Of a DNA stretch of 64,000 nt, positions 33,757 through 42,732 are shown one piece after another. Location of the stretch: the NCBI GenBank assembly GCA_964511435.1, contig CAZEFH010000003.1, positions 1,283 to 65,282 on the forward strand, written 5' to 3'. The position numbers and the translations under genes were made by a program. This stretch comes from an uncultured Candidatus Saccharibacteria bacterium. GTDB taxonomy: Bacteria; Patescibacteriota; CPR2; UBA1875; CAIMLA01. Within the stretch, counting starts at the first letter, position 1; each line of letters starts with the position of its first letter. The notes under the pieces were generated by a model. The model saw only the letters and a program-made list of their open reading frames with translations, did no database searches and was not told the origin of the DNA.

Positions 33757-33881
33757 CAGGCGGATATCAATAACATTACGACATTCGCAAGAATGTCGTA
33801 ATGTTTAATATATACATCAGTTGTCCATAAGACGAAAAGAGGGAGCCACGCAGTCTCTCTTTTCGAGTGCATGTCTCCCTT

Positions 33882-34322
33882 CTAGATAGAGTACCAACCC
33901 CTTGTGTGAATTCGTTCCGGACCGTCTCTGTGTGCCAGAGGTTGGGCCTTGTTGGCACTACTGAACGAGGTGTTAAGCATCTTCTTGTGGGCAGCGAGCT
34001 CGTCCTCGTAGCTCTTCTTCCAGGCCTCCCTCTGCTCGACGAAATGCGGCTGATTCACGTACGCGATCAGCTCGGTACGGATCTCTTCGCTAACTAATCT
34101 CCTGAGCGAGGCCGCGACACGATAGCGCTTGCTACCATTGGTGCCCACTACCGGAGTATCATCTGGCAGCCGACATCTACACAGCTGACGATACATCTCG
34201 TCCGGCAGATTCACCATTCCTTTGACGACAGTGCCGGCATTCTTGCCAGGGTAGACCAGGCAGAGTGCAAGTGCTAGTCGGAGCTCCTCGGTATCGAGAA
34301 ACTCCAGAATGGTCGGGACCAT
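33882..34322 (-). CDS. Hypothetical protein (GC-rich islet), 146 aa
   Basis: GC-rich minus-strand ORF, divergent from the HNH gene, with an AT-rich spacer between them. No motif recognised. Confidence 0.35.
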   Translation of the reverse strand: MVPTILEFLDTEELRLALALCLVYPGKNAGTVVKGMVNLPDEMYRQLCRCRLPDDTPVVGTNGSKRYRVAASLRRLVSEEIRTELIAYVNQPHFVEQREAWKKSYEDELAAHKKMLNTSFSSANKAQPLAHRDGPERIHTRGWYSI

Positions 34323-34478
34323 TTCGAGCCTCCTTTGGCACGAAGAAATTGTTTACAGGTACGCCGGGGAATTATAACCTAAAATCACAATTATTTCAAT
34401 CATCATGTAGTACACTTGACGACATATTTTGATTATTGATAAGCTAAAAATAAGCTGCTCTTTGATTCTCTTAGGGAG

Positions 34479-34778
34479 GTGGACATGATGAAAGAATGTC
34501 GTATCTGTGGCAACTCAGACAAGTGGGCGCTCACAAAGCACCATTTCTTCCACCCGGCTAAGTACTTCAACCTTACGGTTTTCCGTTCTGTTCATGTCCG
34601 CCTTTGTGATTCTTGTCACGCTGGTTATCACCATTTCTACGACGTCTACTGTCGGGGAAGCTTCGACTGTGGTGGTTGTAAGTACCGAAAGGTTTGCTGT
34701 CACAGAAGCCTTTTCAGGTACATGCATATCGCCCTCAAGGGACGTCTAGACTTTGGCTACGGTAGAAGGGCGGCCTAG
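34479..34778 (+). CDS. Stand-alone HNH endonuclease-like protein (99 aa)
   Basis: CRICGNSDKWALTKHHFFHPAKYFNLTVFRSVHVRLCDSCHAGYHH matches the HNH pattern CxxC…HH…N…LCxxCH…H. GC-rich. A perfect 14-bp hairpin follows the stop. Confidence 0.55.
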   Translation: MDMMKECRICGNSDKWALTKHHFFHPAKYFNLTVFRSVHVRLCDSCHAGYHHFYDVYCRGSFDCGGCKYRKVCCHRSLFRYMHIALKGRLDFGYGRRAA

Positions 34779-34812
34779 GGCTGTGTATCCGCAAAGTGGC
34801 GGATACACAGCC
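34779..34812 (+). other. Perfect 14-bp GC-rich hairpin immediately after the HNH gene stop
   Basis: ggctgtgtatccgc-aaagtg-gcggatacacagcc. No T-run follows. Possible processing or recombination site, or a stabiliser. Confidence 0.7.
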
Positions 34813-34834
34813 AAGCCGATTATTGGAAAACTAT

Positions 34835-34900
34835 TTGACACTAGTTTTATCAGGGGTCTAAAATATGTATGAGGTGGATGTCCCGAGACGGGGCATTTTA
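34835..34900 (+). promoter_or_regulatory. pyrG promoter plus leader hairpin (possible CTP-responsive attenuator)
   Basis: TTGACA-18-TAAAAT, then a leader starting around GAGGUGG that contains a hairpin gucccg-aga-cggggc followed by auuuua. This resembles the Firmicutes pyrG reiterative-transcription attenuator. Confidence 0.3.
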
Positions 34901-34929
34901 ATAAAGTAGATGGAGAGGGGAGTACGGCG

Positions 34930-36534
34930 TTGGGTAAGCACACAAAATACATCTTTGTTACAGGTGGAGTACTATCGGGTCTCGGCAAGGGGATATTCGC
35001 GGCCAGCATTGGCAACATCCTCGGAAGCCGAGGTTTTTCTGTTAATATGCAAAAATGCGACCCTTACCTCAATGTCGACGCTGGTACTCTCAATCCTGGT
35101 GAGCATGGTGAAGTTTTTGTTACTGACGACGGCGCAGAGACTGATCTAGATCTCGGCCACTACGAGCGTTTTGTTGATACTCCGATGACAAAGCTCTCAT
35201 CAGTGATGACCGGTAAGATTTACACCCAAGTTTTGGATGACGAACGTAAAGGTAAATACCTCGGCAAAACTGTTCAAGTCGTTCCTCACATTACGACCAA
35301 GATTCAGGAAAACATCATGAAGGCGGCGGGTGACTTCGATATCCATATCGTCGAAATCGGCGGTACTGTCGGTGACTACGAAGGACTGCACTTTATCGAG
35401 GCGATTCGTCAGATGAAGCGCAAGGTCGGTCGCGAGAATGTACTTTATGCTCATCTAGTATATTTGCCCTACCTCAATACTTCAAAGGAGCTGAAGACCA
35501 AGCCGGCTCAGAGCAGTGTTCGCGATCTGTTGCAGCTCGGGATTCATGCAAATATTATCGGTTGTAGAGCCGATAGCGAGATTGGAGAGGAGCATATTCA
35601 GAAAATCGCGATGTTCTCTGATGTCGATAACGAGGCAGTTGTGCCACTACCTACAATCAAAAGTGTCTATGAAGTTCCGCGAAATCTTGAGAAGGCAGGT
35701 CTCGGTGACTACATTTGCGACAAGCTTGAACTACCAAAACATAAGCCAAAGGCAAATGGACTCGAGAAATATCTCGACGACCTGGCAGCTGCCAAGGGCG
35801 AGATTCGTGTAGGACTGATTGCAAAGTATATGGCTAATGAGGATACCTACAAGAGCGTTAATGAGGCTCTTCAGTCAGCAGCAGTTGCCAACGGTAAATG
35901 TGTCAAGATTGAGTGGATTGATGCAGAAAAGATAGAGAAGCAAGGAGTAGAGATTCTTGAGGGCCTAGACGGGATTGTGGTGCCAGGAGGATTTGGAAAT
36001 CGAGGCACTGAAGGCAAGATAATGGCGGCAAAGTATGCGCGTGAGCACGGTGTTCCTTATCTTGGTCTATGTCTCGGAATGCAGATTGCCACAATTGAGT
36101 TTGCGAGGAATGTTCTCGGATGGAAGGATGCAAATAGTGAAGAATTTGCGCCTGAGGGTGGCTGTAATGTGATTCACATCATGCCTGAGCAGAAGGCAAA
36201 AATGGAACAGGATGAGTATGGCGCGACGATGCGTCTCGGGGCTTATCCGTGTGTACTTGATAAGCAATCGCGTTCACGTAAGCTATATGGTACTGACAAG
36301 ATTAGCGAACGTCATCGTCATCGTTTTGAGTTTAACAATGATCATCGCGAGGAGTTTGTATCTGCAGGAATGCTCTTTGCAGGGCTTTCGCCTGATCATC
36401 ACCTAGTAGAAATAGTGGAGATTCCAGAACATAAGTTCTACGTGGGAGTTCAGTTTCATCCAGAGTTCAAGTCTCGTCCAGGGAAGCCACATCCGCTATT
36501 TGATGGTTTTGTTAAAGCTATTCTTCAAAAATAA
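34930..36534 (+). CDS. pyrG: CTP synthase
   Basis: The N-terminus KYIFVTGGVLSGLGKG is the synthetase-domain P-loop. The C-terminal glutamine amidotransferase domain carries GLCLGMQ (catalytic Cys) and HPEF. 534 aa. The apparent start is TTG. Confidence 0.9.
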   Translation: MGKHTKYIFVTGGVLSGLGKGIFAASIGNILGSRGFSVNMQKCDPYLNVDAGTLNPGEHGEVFVTDDGAETDLDLGHYERFVDTPMTKLSSVMTGKIYTQVLDDERKGKYLGKTVQVVPHITTKIQENIMKAAGDFDIHIVEIGGTVGDYEGLHFIEAIRQMKRKVGRENVLYAHLVYLPYLNTSKELKTKPAQSSVRDLLQLGIHANIIGCRADSEIGEEHIQKIAMFSDVDNEAVVPLPTIKSVYEVPRNLEKAGLGDYICDKLELPKHKPKANGLEKYLDDLAAAKGEIRVGLIAKYMANEDTYKSVNEALQSAAVANGKCVKIEWIDAEKIEKQGVEILEGLDGIVVPGGFGNRGTEGKIMAAKYAREHGVPYLGLCLGMQIATIEFARNVLGWKDANSEEFAPEGGCNVIHIMPEQKAKMEQDEYGATMRLGAYPCVLDKQSRSRKLYGTDKISERHRHRFEFNNDHREEFVSAGMLFAGLSPDHHLVEIVEIPEHKFYVGVQFHPEFKSRPGKPHPLFDGFVKAILQK

Positions 36535-36613
36535 TACTTGCATTACCTATTCATAGTCGGGTGTATAATATAGTTAGGTCGACTTATTGATTGGGTTAAT
36601 GAGGGGAAACGTC

Positions 36614-36793
36614 ATGACAAAGAACTTTTTACTTGTTCTCGGCGTCTTGATGCTTCTCATGGGTGTCTGGGGACTTCTAGCTGCTTGGTCTGTTGACCTT
36701 GCTTTCGGTCTTCCTGTCGACCCATGGTGGCACGCTGTCGTCAAGGTCGTGCTTGGTGGTGCTGCTGTTTATGTAGCATATACCGACAAATAA
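36614..36793 (+). CDS. Small membrane protein (59 aa, two TM helices)
   Basis: ATG 36614 has a gagggga RBS upstream. The product is MTKNFLLVLGVLMLLMGVWGLLAAWSVDLAFGLPVDPWWHAVVKVVLGGAAVYVAYTDK. Confidence 0.45.
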   Translation: MTKNFLLVLGVLMLLMGVWGLLAAWSVDLAFGLPVDPWWHAVVKVVLGGAAVYVAYTDK

Positions 36794-36917
36794 TCCTTTC
36801 TGTTGATCTGTTTTGATTCGAAGAAGTCCGTATGGACTTCTTCTTCAATATGTAAAGTATGTATTGACATACTTAGTATATTTGACTAGAATATTTTAGT
36901 AATAAGAAGGAGGAAAC

Positions 36918-38585
36918 TTGGTAAAATTATCTCAAAAATCCAGTGCTGAACCCGCGAAAGAGGGGTTTTTTAGCAAATGGGGAACAGTTTTTGTTCTTAG
37001 TATGGCGCTCGCAATTATTCTGATTGACGCTACCCTACTGAACGTATCACTATCTACCTTAGTAAAAGATTTAAATACTGATATCCAGAGCCTGCAGTGG
37101 GTGATTACTGCATATTCTCTGACTATTGCGGCGCTTACTATTACTGGTGGGCGTCTAGGTGACCTTTTCGGTCGCAAGCGGATGTTTATCGTTGGTGCAG
37201 CACTTTTTGCGGTCGGTTCATTCGTTGCCTCTATTAGTACTAGTGTACCGCAGATGATCCTGGGAGAATCAATCATTGAAGGTATTGGTGCTGCAATGAT
37301 GATGCCTGCTACCGCGTCTCTTCTAGTTTCAAAGTATCATGGTCGTGATCGTGGTGTTGCTTTTGGTATCTGGGGTGGTGTTGCGGCAGCCTCTACTGCC
37401 ATCGGTCCGCTACTTGGTGGCTGGCTTACTACCAACTATAGCTGGCGCTGGGGTTTTCGAATCAATGTTGTGATTGCTGCCCTACTTATCATTGGATCAG
37501 TGATTATCAAGGAGTGTCGTGATCAAGAAGAGAAACCTAGCCTGGACTGGCTTGGGGTAATCCTATCTTCTGGCGGCATGCTTGCTCTGGTCTATGGAAT
37601 TATTGAATCATCAAAATATGGTTGGTGGAAAGCCAAAGAAACTTTAGTCGCTTTCGGCTATAACTTCAAGTTTATCGGCGACCTCTCTGTGACGCCGATT
37701 GCGATTGCAGTTGGAGTCATCATTCTGTCTCTGTTTATTATTTGGGAAAAGAGAACCGAGAGACTAGGGGAAACACCATTGGTATCCATGAGTCTATTTA
37801 AAAATAAACAGTTTGTGTCGGGTGCTATTACGACTTCGATTCTTTCGCTTGGTCAGTCAGGTCTTATCTTCTCAGTGCCGGTATTTCTTCAATCGGTCAG
37901 AGGTGAAGACGCCTTCCATACAGGACTTGCGCTGCTACCAATGTCAGTTACATCGCTCATTGTGGCGCCAGTGGCGGGATTCCTCGGACACAAAGTTGCT
38001 CCGAAGCGACTGGTACAGGTTGGCCTATTTGTAAATACTCTTGCCTATATCACTCTTTATTACACGATGAAGGTTACTAGTGTCCCGGCAGACTTTACAC
38101 CCGCCTTTATCTTGATGGGACTAGGAATGGGACTTACGATGGCATCCATTAGTAATGTCACGCTTTCTGCCGTGTCTCCAGAACAGTCTGGAGAGGCAAG
38201 CGGTGTGAATAACACTCTCCGTCAGCTCGGCGCTACTCTGGGGACCGCGGTTGTTGGTGCTATCATGCTTGGAGCTGTTTCTACTAACCTAACAGACGGA
38301 ATCAATAATAGTAAGGTTATACCAAAAGTAGCTAAGCCAGCCCTTACAGAAATGGCAGCAAATCAGAGCTCCAAGATTGAGTTTGGTGGTGGCGCGAGCG
38401 TGCCGGGCTTTATTGCAGAGCCTATCAGAGTTGAACTTACCAAGATTAGTCACAATGCCATCACCGATGCTAGTCGTAACTCCCTTCTGTATACTATTGC
38501 ATTTGTTGCTCTCGGATTTGTTTCGGCTTTCTGGTTACCAAAGGGAACTCAAATAGAAACCGAAAAGAGTCTAGCAAAGAAGTAG
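36918..38585 (+). CDS. MFS transporter, drug:H+ antiporter-2 (14-TMS, EmrB/QacA-like) family
   Basis: 555 aa with about 14 TM segments. …LGDLFGRKRMFIVG… is the MFS motif A (G-x-L-x-D-R/K-x-G-R-K/R). Confidence 0.7.
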   Translation: MVKLSQKSSAEPAKEGFFSKWGTVFVLSMALAIILIDATLLNVSLSTLVKDLNTDIQSLQWVITAYSLTIAALTITGGRLGDLFGRKRMFIVGAALFAVGSFVASISTSVPQMILGESIIEGIGAAMMMPATASLLVSKYHGRDRGVAFGIWGGVAAASTAIGPLLGGWLTTNYSWRWGFRINVVIAALLIIGSVIIKECRDQEEKPSLDWLGVILSSGGMLALVYGIIESSKYGWWKAKETLVAFGYNFKFIGDLSVTPIAIAVGVIILSLFIIWEKRTERLGETPLVSMSLFKNKQFVSGAITTSILSLGQSGLIFSVPVFLQSVRGEDAFHTGLALLPMSVTSLIVAPVAGFLGHKVAPKRLVQVGLFVNTLAYITLYYTMKVTSVPADFTPAFILMGLGMGLTMASISNVTLSAVSPEQSGEASGVNNTLRQLGATLGTAVVGAIMLGAVSTNLTDGINNSKVIPKVAKPALTEMAANQSSKIEFGGGASVPGFIAEPIRVELTKISHNAITDASRNSLLYTIAFVALGFVSAFWLPKGTQIETEKSLAKK

Positions 38586-38593
38586 GAGGCTGT

Positions 38594-38815
38594 ATGTTTC
38601 ATAAGAAGCCAAAAATGTGGGGAGTATCGACTCTCGGCGAGCGCGGTCAGATTGTAATTCCGGTGAAGATGCGCGACGAGCTAGGCCTCGAGAAAGGTGA
38701 TAATTTCGTATTCATCACTAAGGACAGGCTAATAGGTATGGTTCGTGAGGAAGATATGACTGGTATGTTGAGAGAGATGCTAGATAAAATCGAGGACTTT
38801 AAAAAAGAAAATTAA
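38594..38815 (+). CDS. AbrB/MazE (SpoVT-AbrB, swapped-hairpin) family DNA-binding protein
   Basis: GQIVIPVKMRDELGLEKGDNFVF is the typical SpoVT/AbrB domain. An aggagg RBS lies 4 nt upstream of the ATG. A terminator hairpin gccaggg…ccctggc ttttg follows. Confidence 0.55.
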   Translation: MFHKKPKMWGVSTLGERGQIVIPVKMRDELGLEKGDNFVFITKDRLIGMVREEDMTGMLREMLDKIEDFKKEN

Positions 38816-38860
38816 TACAATGCCAGGGCAGCCGCCCTGGCATTTTGCTATAATACTTAT

Positions 38861-39334
38861 ATGCGCAGAGATGATAAATGGCTATTTCAGAAACTAGATG
38901 AGGTGTGGGATGAGTATTTTTCAGACGTACCGCAAGATAATGATGTTCATATAGTTTGGGGACGTAAAGCAAGGCAGCGACTCGGGAGTATCAAGCCCGG
39001 CGAGAAGATCCCAGGCAAACATCAGGAAACTATTATTACGATTAATTCTCTATTCAAAGACGTATTTATTCCTGAATATGTTGTTACGGCGACTATCGCT
39101 CACGAGCTGGCACATTACGCACACGGATTCCATTCTCCCCTCGAGCGGAAGTATGACAAGCCTCATGAGGGCGGGATAGTGCACAAGGAGCTAGCAAGGC
39201 GTGGCGTCGATAAGCTAGAGAAGATGCAGAAGCGCTGGATGAAAGAAAATTGGCGAGAATATCTAGAAAAACATTTACCCAGGAAAACAGTGACGCGGAA
39301 AGTTAAAAGGAAGATAATTATCAAATGGATTTAA
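38861..39334 (+). CDS. SprT-like / DUF45-like zinc metallopeptidase domain protein
   Basis: IAHELAHYAHGFHSP contains an HExxH zinc-binding motif in a SprT/WLM-like context. 157 aa. Confidence 0.45.
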   Translation: MRRDDKWLFQKLDEVWDEYFSDVPQDNDVHIVWGRKARQRLGSIKPGEKIPGKHQETIITINSLFKDVFIPEYVVTATIAHELAHYAHGFHSPLERKYDKPHEGGIVHKELARRGVDKLEKMQKRWMKENWREYLEKHLPRKTVTRKVKRKIIIKWI

Positions 39335-39939
39335 AAGTAAACTTAGTTAAGGTCGGCCCCGAGCGAACGAACTGCTATATCGTTTCGGCTAGGAACGATT
39401 ATCTCGTGGTAGACCCCGGCGCGGATGCAGAAAAGATATTAGAGCTGATTCCAGCTGGAGCAAAGCTGCATTACATTTTACTTACACACGGACACTTCGA
39501 TCATGTCGGGGGTGTTGATGGAATCAAGTCGAAGTTCCCCGATACGCCAGTGATGTTATCAGAGGAAGATGTGAAACTATATGAGGAAGTTCCGGAGCAA
39601 GGTGTTTTTGTGGGTCAGATTCTGAAAAAGCCAAAAGCAGAACTGGAGGCAATCCGAGGCGGTGAGTTTCTACCGCTTGCTGAAGACGAGATTGAAGTGA
39701 TAGCAACCCCTGGTCACACTCCTGGAGGAGTTTGCTACCGGATAGATAAGTATCTATTTACTGGTGATACGCTTTTTTATCACACTATTGGTCGAACCGA
39801 CTTGCCATTTTCTGATGAGAATGAAATGCGTGTTAGTCTTGACCTGCTAGCGCATTTGGACCGTAAACTCGTGGTTTATCCAGGTCATGGGCGAGAATCA
39901 ACCATCTGTGAGGAAATAAAAAATAATCCATATTTATAA
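39325..39939 (+). CDS. MBL-fold metallo-hydrolase (glyoxalase II-like)
   Basis: LLTHGHFDHVGG is the HxHxDH motif. …TPGHTPGG… and …YPGHG… supply further metal-binding histidines. 204 aa. Confidence 0.7.
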   Translation: MDLKVNLVKVGPERTNCYIVSARNDYLVVDPGADAEKILELIPAGAKLHYILLTHGHFDHVGGVDGIKSKFPDTPVMLSEEDVKLYEEVPEQGVFVGQILKKPKAELEAIRGGEFLPLAEDEIEVIATPGHTPGGVCYRIDKYLFTGDTLFYHTIGRTDLPFSDENEMRVSLDLLAHLDRKLVVYPGHGRESTICEEIKNNPYL

Positions 39940-40027
39940 GTTTTCCACACTAGAAAAGTCTTGCAGTATTTCCTGACATCGATTACAATTCCGTGGCACG
40001 CACCGAAAACAACTGATGGGAGGGGTC

Positions 40028-40681
40028 ATGGCTCCAGTACAAGATCGCTTGTTCGAGCTGTCGGTCTCTCCTTTTTCGAATGACGGAGAAATCGCGGTGG
40101 AGATGCTTCGTTCGGGTACAAGTCTGGCTTCGTTCTCTCGCCTGATGATTCGACTTGCCGCGAATGGCGGTAAGATTCGCACGGGCAGGTATACTTACAA
40201 TCCGCTGCTGCTAGTAGAACGGATCAAGGATATCTTGCTCCGCGGCAAGGAGTCTCCGCATTTCTGGTGTCTCGAACGTGACTTTCCCAACAAGTATGGC
40301 ATCAGGGCATGGGTAAACGACTACTTGCACATTTACCAGCTAGCCAGGCTTCATCCGCTTCGATACCATCTTGACGATATGATCGTAGTTACAACTATCG
40401 GTGAGGTATCACTCGACGGTTGTGACTGGCTAGCGAGAGAGATGGCGACCGTGGCTGGCTACGAAGCAATGCACCATATTGTCGGTGACCAGCTATCGAT
40501 CTACGACATCTCCTTGCCAGACGACCCCTGTATCAGTTGCAATGAGGCGCTCATCTACTGTTCGCCCTCCGGGTACTGTCAGTCGAGGCTGATGTATGTC
40601 GCTGCTACTGAGATGGTTGCTGAGGGGGCCTCGGTTCTTGATGCGATATCAGTAATTGATCGGATGCGTGAAGCCGGCTAG
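40028..40681 (+). CDS. Hypothetical protein (GC-rich), 217 aa
   Basis: ATG 40028 has an RBS gggagggg upstream. The ORF is about 52% GC. A terminator-like hairpin aagccggc…gccggcttt lies at its end. Confidence 0.4.
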   Translation: MAPVQDRLFELSVSPFSNDGEIAVEMLRSGTSLASFSRLMIRLAANGGKIRTGRYTYNPLLLVERIKDILLRGKESPHFWCLERDFPNKYGIRAWVNDYLHIYQLARLHPLRYHLDDMIVVTTIGEVSLDGCDWLAREMATVAGYEAMHHIVGDQLSIYDISLPDDPCISCNEALIYCSPSGYCQSRLMYVAATEMVAEGASVLDAISVIDRMREAG

Positions 40682-40829
40682 GAGGGAGCCGGCTTTCGCC
40701 TTTTATGGTCTTCTATTATAATTTACTAGGCGGGGTGTAGCGCAGTGGCTAGCGGCACCTAATGTGGCGATGAGGCTGGAAGCTCGAGTCTTTTCATCTC
40801 GACCAGAAAATGATGATGAAGGAATAATA

Positions 40830-41417
40830 ATGGTTATCTACAATTCATTTAATAACGAGAAGTTAATCCAGCTAATCAAAGATGGTGGGATTGGCGTGAT
40901 TCCGACCGATACTATATATGGACTCGTTTGCTCGGCTTTTGACCAGGACGCAGTAGAGAAAATTTACGAGATAAAGGGTCGGGATGTTGATAAACCAGTG
41001 ATAATCCTAATCTCAAATCTATCTGATTTGAACAAATTTGGTGTACAGGTTTCTGAGGGTCAGAGAGAGTTTCTAGGAAAATATTGGCCAGGAAAGGTAA
41101 GCGTTATTCTTCCATTGGAAGAGAATGAATTTGACTATCTTTCTCGTGGTCTTGGCACATTAACCTTTCGATTGCCCAATGACGGTAAACTGAAGGCACT
41201 CCTGCAAAAAGTAGGTCCAGTAGTGGCTCCAAGTGCGAATCTACAAGGCGAGGAACCAGCAAAAAACATTGATGAAGCAATGAACTATTTTCTTGGGAGT
41301 GTTGACTTTGGAGTTGATGGTGGCGTGGCCCACGGCAGTGCCTCGACACTAGTGGATTTGACTGGTAATAAACCAAAAGTATTGAGGCAAGGTGATGTCG
41401 AAATCAGAGATATTTAA
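40830..41417 (+). CDS. tsaC: L-threonylcarbamoyladenylate synthase (TsaC/YrdC family)
   Basis: The start is placed at ATG 40830 (MVIYNSF…). The YrdC-domain signature is GVIPTDTIYGLVCSAFDQDAVEKIYEIKGRDVDKPVIILI. About 195 aa. Confidence 0.75.
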   Translation: MVIYNSFNNEKLIQLIKDGGIGVIPTDTIYGLVCSAFDQDAVEKIYEIKGRDVDKPVIILISNLSDLNKFGVQVSEGQREFLGKYWPGKVSVILPLEENEFDYLSRGLGTLTFRLPNDGKLKALLQKVGPVVAPSANLQGEEPAKNIDEAMNYFLGSVDFGVDGGVAHGSASTLVDLTGNKPKVLRQGDVEIRDI

Positions 41418-41700
41418 TCAGGTTTATGAATTAGTTGCACAGGTACCGAAGGGTAAGGTTGTGACCTATGGTGATATTGCGAAAATCGTTGGAGTAAATC
41501 CGCGCTATATTGGCTTCATCCTGCATAATAATCCCTATCCTGGGAAGATTCCTTGTCACCGTGTTGTAAATTCACATGGGAAGGTGGCAGCAAATTTTGC
41601 CTTTGGCGGCGGTGATTCGCAGAAAAAGTTACTAGAGGTGGAAGGAGTAAAAATTGAGAATTCTAAGCTGCATCTCAGTGACTATCGGTACTATTTTTAA
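41395..41700 (+). CDS. Methylated-DNA--protein-cysteine methyltransferase, DNA-binding/active-site domain only (minimal Ogt)
   Basis: VTYGDIAKIVGVNPRYIGFILHNNPYPGKIPCHRVVNSHGKV contains the PCHRV acceptor-cysteine motif. The product is only about 101 aa, i.e. the C-terminal domain without the N-terminal domain. It overlaps the tsaC 3' end. Confidence 0.65.
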   Translation: MSKSEIFNQVYELVAQVPKGKVVTYGDIAKIVGVNPRYIGFILHNNPYPGKIPCHRVVNSHGKVAANFAFGGGDSQKKLLEVEGVKIENSKLHLSDYRYYF

Positions 41701-41753
41701 GCCATTTCAAAATAGCGTATAATTAATGTAGGGCAATAAAGAAAGGAGGCAGG

Positions 41754-41936
41754 ATGAAAGTTTCTAAAGGTAGAGGCATCCAGTTCTTTAAGCAACCATT
41801 TTTTACACGACAGGGGGAGTATGCAGCGAAGATATATCGCTCTGGTCGTGAACAGCTAGTGAATATTTGGCCATTTAGTAAGAAGCCATCCAAATCAGCT
41901 AAAGCCCTAGTGGATAAAAAGAAAGGGGCAAAATGA
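41754..41936 (+). CDS. Small basic protein (60 aa), translationally coupled to mscL
   Basis: A strong RBS aaggaggcagg lies upstream. The stop overlaps the mscL start (aaATGAagg). The C-terminus is Lys-rich. Confidence 0.45.
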   Translation: MKVSKGRGIQFFKQPFFTRQGEYAAKIYRSGREQLVNIWPFSKKPSKSAKALVDKKKGAK

Positions 41937-42238
41937 AGGGATTTGTAGAGTTCATTCGTGAACAAGGAGTCGTTGGTCTTGCAGTCGGTTTCATCCTAGG
42001 CGGAGCCGTCTCGAAGCTAGTCGCCTCCTTCGTTTCAGATATTATTAACCCATTCCTATCTGTAATCCTGGGGGTGGGTGGTGGCATCGCTGGAGCATCA
42101 GTTACATTAGTCGGCGTCAAGGTTACCTACGGAAATTTTCTCGCCACATTGATTGATTTCATAGTGGTAGCCGGAGTGGTTTACTTTGGCGTAAAGATGC
42201 TTGGACTTGATAAGCTGGATAAGAAAAAGGCGGAATAG
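41933..42238 (+). CDS. mscL: Large-conductance mechanosensitive channel MscL
   Basis: MKGFVEFIREQGVVGLAVGFILGGAVSKLVASFVSDIINPFLSVILG matches the canonical MscL N-terminal TM1 region. About 101 aa. Confidence 0.8.
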   Translation: MKGFVEFIREQGVVGLAVGFILGGAVSKLVASFVSDIINPFLSVILGVGGGIAGASVTLVGVKVTYGNFLATLIDFIVVAGVVYFGVKMLGLDKLDKKKAE

Positions 42239-42732
42239 TGAAACATAAGCCACTTACTCTGACAGTAATCACAAAAAATGGCAAGATTTTACTTGGTAAG
42301 AAGAAGCGTGGTTACGCCGAGGGTATCTTGAACGGTTATGGTGGGAAGGTGGAACCGGGAGAAACTCCCGAAGAGGCGATGCTACGAGAGTTCTGGGAAG
42401 AGTCTGGTGCGAAAGCAACTAAATATGAGAAAGTGGGTTACATCGAATTCACATCGAATATTGAAGAATATTTGTCCGAATGCCACCTGTACCAAATTCA
42501 TGATTATGAAGGGGATATAGTAGAAACTGAGGAAATATATCCAGAATGGTTTCCCGTTGATAGTATCCCATATCACAATATGTGGCCAGATGATCCACAC
42601 TGGCTGCCACTGGTTCTTGAGGGTAAGAAGGTTAAGGGAAGATTTCTACTCAAAGACAACAACGTAGTTGATTCATTTGAACTTGTGGAAGTAGAAGGTT
42701 TTGAGCCAGAGATAAGACATGAGACCATATAA
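42238..42732 (+). CDS. NUDIX hydrolase (MutT-like)
   Basis: GGKVEPGETPEEAMLREFWEESG is a NUDIX box. The start is GTG. 164 aa. Confidence 0.65.
   Translation: MKHKPLTLTVITKNGKILLGKKKRGYAEGILNGYGGKVEPGETPEEAMLREFWEESGAKATKYEKVGYIEFTSNIEEYLSECHLYQIHDYEGDIVETEEIYPEWFPVDSIPYHNMWPDDPHWLPLVLEGKKVKGRFLLKDNNVVDSFELVEVEGFEPEIRHETI

Noticed and set aside
40733-40800. tRNA-like 5' segment GGGGTGTAGCGCAGTGGCTAGCGG upstream of tsaC
   Set aside because: The acceptor/D-arm-like start is not followed by a foldable anticodon arm or a GTTCRANYC T-loop. It is probably a tRNA-gene remnant or coincidence inside the tsaC 5' UTR, not an intact tRNA.
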